Source: Candidatus Bruticola sp.
Lineage (GTDB): Bacteria > Vulcanimicrobiota > Xenobia > Xenobiales > Xenobiaceae
Assembly (NCBI GenBank): GCA_051874735.1
Contig: JBJEGD010000010.1
Span: 1-61,573, forward strand
Direction: 5' to 3'
DNA length: 61,573 nt
Positions 58,435-61,573 of this stretch are shown piece by piece. How positions within the stretch are numbered: position 1 is the stretch's first letter; each line of letters starts with the position of its first letter. A program made the position numbers and the translations under genes. A model generated the notes under the pieces. The model saw only the letters and a list, made by a program, of their open reading frames with translations, did not search any database and was not told where the DNA came from.

Positions 58435-60093
58435 TTGGCTGAACAGTCAGATATTTTTTCAAAACTCAAAGACGGGTTAGGACTAGCTAGTAAATTAGCT
58501 GGTAAGGGAGTCAGTGAAGTGTCCAGCATGTTGAAGCATGACGACAATTCACGCACCTCCCAAAGCGGTGTATATTGGCATCGCGGTACCTGGAATCATA
58601 CTGCGGGTTTGCTTCCTGAAGTCGATTTTTTTGAGTCGCAAGTGAGCAAGAACTTTGCTTCCAGTATGATGCAGCGTTTGACACTGTCTAAAGCAGAGCG
58701 CCTCTTTGGACAATCCTGCAGTAGTTTAATATGTATTGAAACTGAACAAGCTGTCGATTATTTGCGGGAAGCTGTTCAGCTCGATACTCAGTTTACTGAC
58801 GCCTATTTCATGTTAGGGTGTGTGCTGCTGGAATTAGGAAGATCTTCTGAGGCCGTTTCTTGCTTCCAAAAAGCCCTGCTTTGTCAGCAAGGCTTGGGAG
58901 CTAAACTGAAAAAATATCTACCCTCTTTCCGAGTAACTCTGCCTCTTACTCCGTGGAGCACGGTGGCTCTGTTTCCCGATCTTCTAGGGGTAAACATACT
59001 TTTAGCTTTATCTTGGCGTCGGGATGGCAACCTCTCTATGGCTATTACTGTTTTAGAGCAGATTATGAGTATTCTGCCCACTGCAGTTTTGGCTAAGTTT
59101 TTTATAGGTTTGTTTCGCTTAGAAGCTGGTCAGTACAACGAGGTTATTAGTCTTTTCTCAGATTGGAAAGTAGAGTCTACTATCGAGGCAGCCTGTCTTC
59201 TTTTAGCGGGCAAAGCTTATCAGCAGATTGGGAGCATATCAGTTATTGCTGATCTTTACGATCAGGCAGTAGCTCGTTCCGATATTGATATGGTTATCCG
59301 CTACGATTTGCTTTTAGCTCAAAGCGAAGTTGGCCTAACGTACAGTAACAGCTATGCTCAAGTTCAAGCTCAAATACTGAGGGAGTGTCCTCAATATAAG
59401 TCTTTTTTCGAACGTCTAAATATACAAGTTGGTGGCGGAGCTGCGGAGGGCGTTTTGGCTCAGGACAATTTGAACAGAGCTACGACTGCTGAGCATTTAG
59501 CGGATAGTCCATCTGTAAACAGAGTGGGTACTTCGACTGCGTCTGTAGCACCGCAGCTTGATAATGCGGCTTCTTTCAGTTCTGAGGGTGGCTCAGTGCC
59601 TCCAGCGGCTGCAGTTTCAGCAGCTCCGCTTAAAGTTTTGGGAAATGATTCCAATACTGATGAGCAGGCTGCGGTGTATATTCCGCCTATTCCAGCCCCA
59701 GTTCCGCTACCTCCAGCAAATGAGGGGGCTACGGTGAAAATGGACAGTCCAGGTGCTGGAAAAGTTGCTCAGGTAGCGACTTCGGTTCCTGAAGCCGATT
59801 TTTTAAATTTACAGTTAAGTTACGGAGCTTTAGGACGTATATATCCTTTGCAGGCCACATCCTCAGTTATAGGTCGTGAAAGTGGTGATATAATTTTCAG
59901 CAATGAGTCTTCAATTTCATACGTTCACGTCAGAATTACTAAATCTTCGGACAACGGACACTGCTATCTCGAAGATCTTGGTTCTACTAACGGCACCTGG
60001 CTCAACGGTTTGCGTTTGGCGGTAAATCAGAAATATGAACTTAAACGCGGAGATTCTATTATCTTAGGGCGTGCTGCGTTTAAAATAATATAG
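58435..60093 (+). CDS. TPR domain / low-complexity linker / FHA protein
   Basis: TPR pattern (AYFMLG..L..LG...EA...FQKAL); FHA motifs IGR, IS.VH, DLGSTNGT.LNG, GD.I.LG. Confidence 0.88.
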   Translation: MAEQSDIFSKLKDGLGLASKLAGKGVSEVSSMLKHDDNSRTSQSGVYWHRGTWNHTAGLLPEVDFFESQVSKNFASSMMQRLTLSKAERLFGQSCSSLICIETEQAVDYLREAVQLDTQFTDAYFMLGCVLLELGRSSEAVSCFQKALLCQQGLGAKLKKYLPSFRVTLPLTPWSTVALFPDLLGVNILLALSWRRDGNLSMAITVLEQIMSILPTAVLAKFFIGLFRLEAGQYNEVISLFSDWKVESTIEAACLLLAGKAYQQIGSISVIADLYDQAVARSDIDMVIRYDLLLAQSEVGLTYSNSYAQVQAQILRECPQYKSFFERLNIQVGGGAAEGVLAQDNLNRATTAEHLADSPSVNRVGTSTASVAPQLDNAASFSSEGGSVPPAAAVSAAPLKVLGNDSNTDEQAAVYIPPIPAPVPLPPANEGATVKMDSPGAGKVAQVATSVPEADFLNLQLSYGALGRIYPLQATSSVIGRESGDIIFSNESSISYVHVRITKSSDNGHCYLEDLGSTNGTWLNGLRLAVNQKYELKRGDSIILGRAAFKII

Positions 60094-60156
60094 CCTCCGA
60101 CAGCTGAATTTTTTCTTGAACTAAGCTGTCTGCATGGCAGGTGTAGGCTTGTAGTC

Positions 60157-60185
60157 TTGACTGCAACAGGCAAACATGATAATAT
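60157..60185 (+). promoter_or_regulatory. Sigma70-type promoter of rpmA
   Basis: TTGACT-17 bp-TAATAT with a TG extended -10. Confidence 0.65.
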
Positions 60186-60290
60186 GTTTAAGCCTTATTA
60201 GAAGGCGTTAATTTTTTCTAGGCCAAGTTTACCCGGCGGGCCAAGTGCGGCCGTGGATTCGGCCCCAAGCCATATATCCGGAGGCAATCA

Positions 60291-60563
60291 ATGTATTTAA
60301 TGGATCTTACCCGTTTCGCCCACAAAAAAGGTGCCGGTTCTTCCAAGAACGGCCGTGATTCTCAGCCTAAAATGTTAGGAATCAAGCTTTACGGCGGACA
60401 GAGCGCTATTGCTGGCAACATTATCCTTCGTCAGCGTGGCACCCGTTTCTATCCCGGGAAAAACGTTATGATGGGTCGCGACTTCACTTTGTTCGCTACC
60501 GCTCCCGGTATTGTTAAGTTTACCAAGCACAACGCCAAGACCGTGGTAGAAGTTGAAGGCTAG
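60291..60563 (+). CDS. rpmA: 50S ribosomal protein L27 with N-terminal extension
   Basis: [36 protein letters not shown]; GGAGG RBS 6 nt before ATG 60291. Confidence 0.97.
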   Translation: MYLMDLTRFAHKKGAGSSKNGRDSQPKMLGIKLYGGQSAIAGNIILRQRGTRFYPGKNVMMGRDFTLFATAPGIVKFTKHNAKTVVEVEG

Positions 60564-60642
60564 TTGTGCGTGCTGCTCCTCTGCTTTTTGGAGCAGAGAA
60601 TTAGGGGCCTGCGTCGCTTTTTCGGTTTTATTTTTGAGAAGG

Positions 60643-60683
60643 TACTCCAGCCAATTCGTTTGAATGGCCGGAGTATTTTTTTT
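60643..60683 (+). terminator. Intrinsic terminator after rpmA
   Basis: TACTCC.GCCA...TGGC.GGAGTA stem followed by 8 T. Confidence 0.75.
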
Positions 60684-60697
60684 GAGGCGGAAGAGTT

Positions 60698-61465
60698 TTG
60701 AAAGTTCGTGATATTTTGGGAACTATCGGGGCTTGGAGTACTTTTGCTGCTGCGCTCTTAGCTTTTGATCCTGCTTTGCGTTTTGCGCGTCTATTCGGTG
60801 TAAAAACTATGGACCAGGTTTTAGTTAACTTGGCTCATGTGCTGAAATATACTGTAGGGGCTGGCTTTTGCTCTCTCAGAGTTGAGGGACGTGAGCATAT
60901 TTTGAATCGCAGCGGGGCTATTATTGTGGGAAATCATCAATCGTTGGTTGAAAGTTTCCTGCCTTTTTACGAGCTGCGCACTATGAAGCCCAAATATATA
61001 TCTAAAAGAATTTTAGGCTATTGTTTCATTCCTTCAGTTAGTTTTGTGCTCAGAAACGGTGGCCATTGTTTAATAGACAGGGAAAATAGGGAACAAGCTC
61101 TGCAGGCCATAGAAAAATTGGGAGCAGAAGTTAATAAATCCAATTGTTCAGCTATTATTTTTCCTGAAGGCACTCGCAGTTTGCAAGGCGGATTGCAGCA
61201 TTTCAAAAAGGGCGGTCTAAAAACTTTACTGCAGTGCGCTCCTAATGCTCCTATTTTTTTGATGATTATCCACAATGGAAATAAAATTTATCCGAAGGGA
61301 CTGCCTAGAGTCGCAGCTGGTTCGGTGGTGACTATGCGCTTTTTACCCGTTTTGGACAGGCATAAGTTTAGTAATGAAGATGAATTGATTGAACATATAC
61401 ACGATCTTATGGCAGATAATTACACTGCTTTAGAGGCTGAAGATCAAGCTAGGGATAAGCTATAA
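60698..61465 (+). CDS. 1-acyl-sn-glycerol-3-phosphate acyltransferase (PlsC family)
   Basis: NHQS..E (HX4D-like), SK, IDR, IFPEGTRS, FKKG. Confidence 0.9.
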   Translation: MKVRDILGTIGAWSTFAAALLAFDPALRFARLFGVKTMDQVLVNLAHVLKYTVGAGFCSLRVEGREHILNRSGAIIVGNHQSLVESFLPFYELRTMKPKYISKRILGYCFIPSVSFVLRNGGHCLIDRENREQALQAIEKLGAEVNKSNCSAIIFPEGTRSLQGGLQHFKKGGLKTLLQCAPNAPIFLMIIHNGNKIYPKGLPRVAAGSVVTMRFLPVLDRHKFSNEDELIEHIHDLMADNYTALEAEDQARDKL

Positions 61466-61496
61466 TATAAATAAAGAAAAAAATGTTCTTAAGGTC

Positions 61497-61525
61497 TTGA
61501 CTAAATTAAATTAGTTGAGTAATAT
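61497..61525 (+). promoter_or_regulatory. Sigma70-type promoter with AT-rich upstream (UP-like) region, reading off the window end
   Basis: TTGACT-17 bp-TAATAT with an A-rich tract at about 61466-61483. Confidence 0.65.
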
Positions 61526-61573
61526 ACTCGAGCAGTCGCGATGAGGCGACGCAGAAAGTTTTGACAACAGTAG

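Overview
A gene-dense bacterial chromosomal segment of moderate GC with about 50 supportable CDSs in the standard genetic code. I found no tRNA or rRNA gene, CRISPR array, transposase or phage gene. Most of the window is housekeeping or envelope genes: CDF metal exporter, surE, WecB/TagA transferase, ComF, FabZ-like, YnbB, murI, uppP, anmK, DHH-CBS tRNA nucleotidyltransferase, tkt-tal, rlmN, yqeG, nucleotide-sugar enzymes, metH, HelY-like helicase, CobB, Dus, rpmA and plsC. The most interesting part is 44.9-60.1 kb, a back-to-back divergon. Its left arm (minus strand) is a membrane polyamine module: double zinc-ribbon/DUF4178-like protein, 62-aa membrane peptide, membrane-fused spermidine synthase and Tat-exported flavoprotein. 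Its right arm (plus strand) begins with speD and continues through an M48 peptidase, a tail-anchored Ser/Thr kinase, a zinc-ribbon/pseudokinase/PP2C fusion, a VWA protein, a zinc-ribbon/tandem-repeat/FHA protein and a TPR-FHA protein. That arm looks like a self-contained phospho-threonine writer/eraser/reader system. Other oddities are two proteins with catalytically degenerate GGDEF-like domains (one as the input of an orphan histidine kinase), a FabZ homolog with Cys at the catalytic His position, and an L27 with a Prp-type cleavable extension but no adjacent prp/rplU. There are also paralogous exported repeat proteins, a structured metH leader, and a probable rRNA-operon promoter at the right edge. 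All family assignments are from visual motif recognition; no database search was run. The gene content suggests a Terrabacteria lineage, possibly Eremiobacterota/Vulcanimicrobiota-like, but this is a weak inference.
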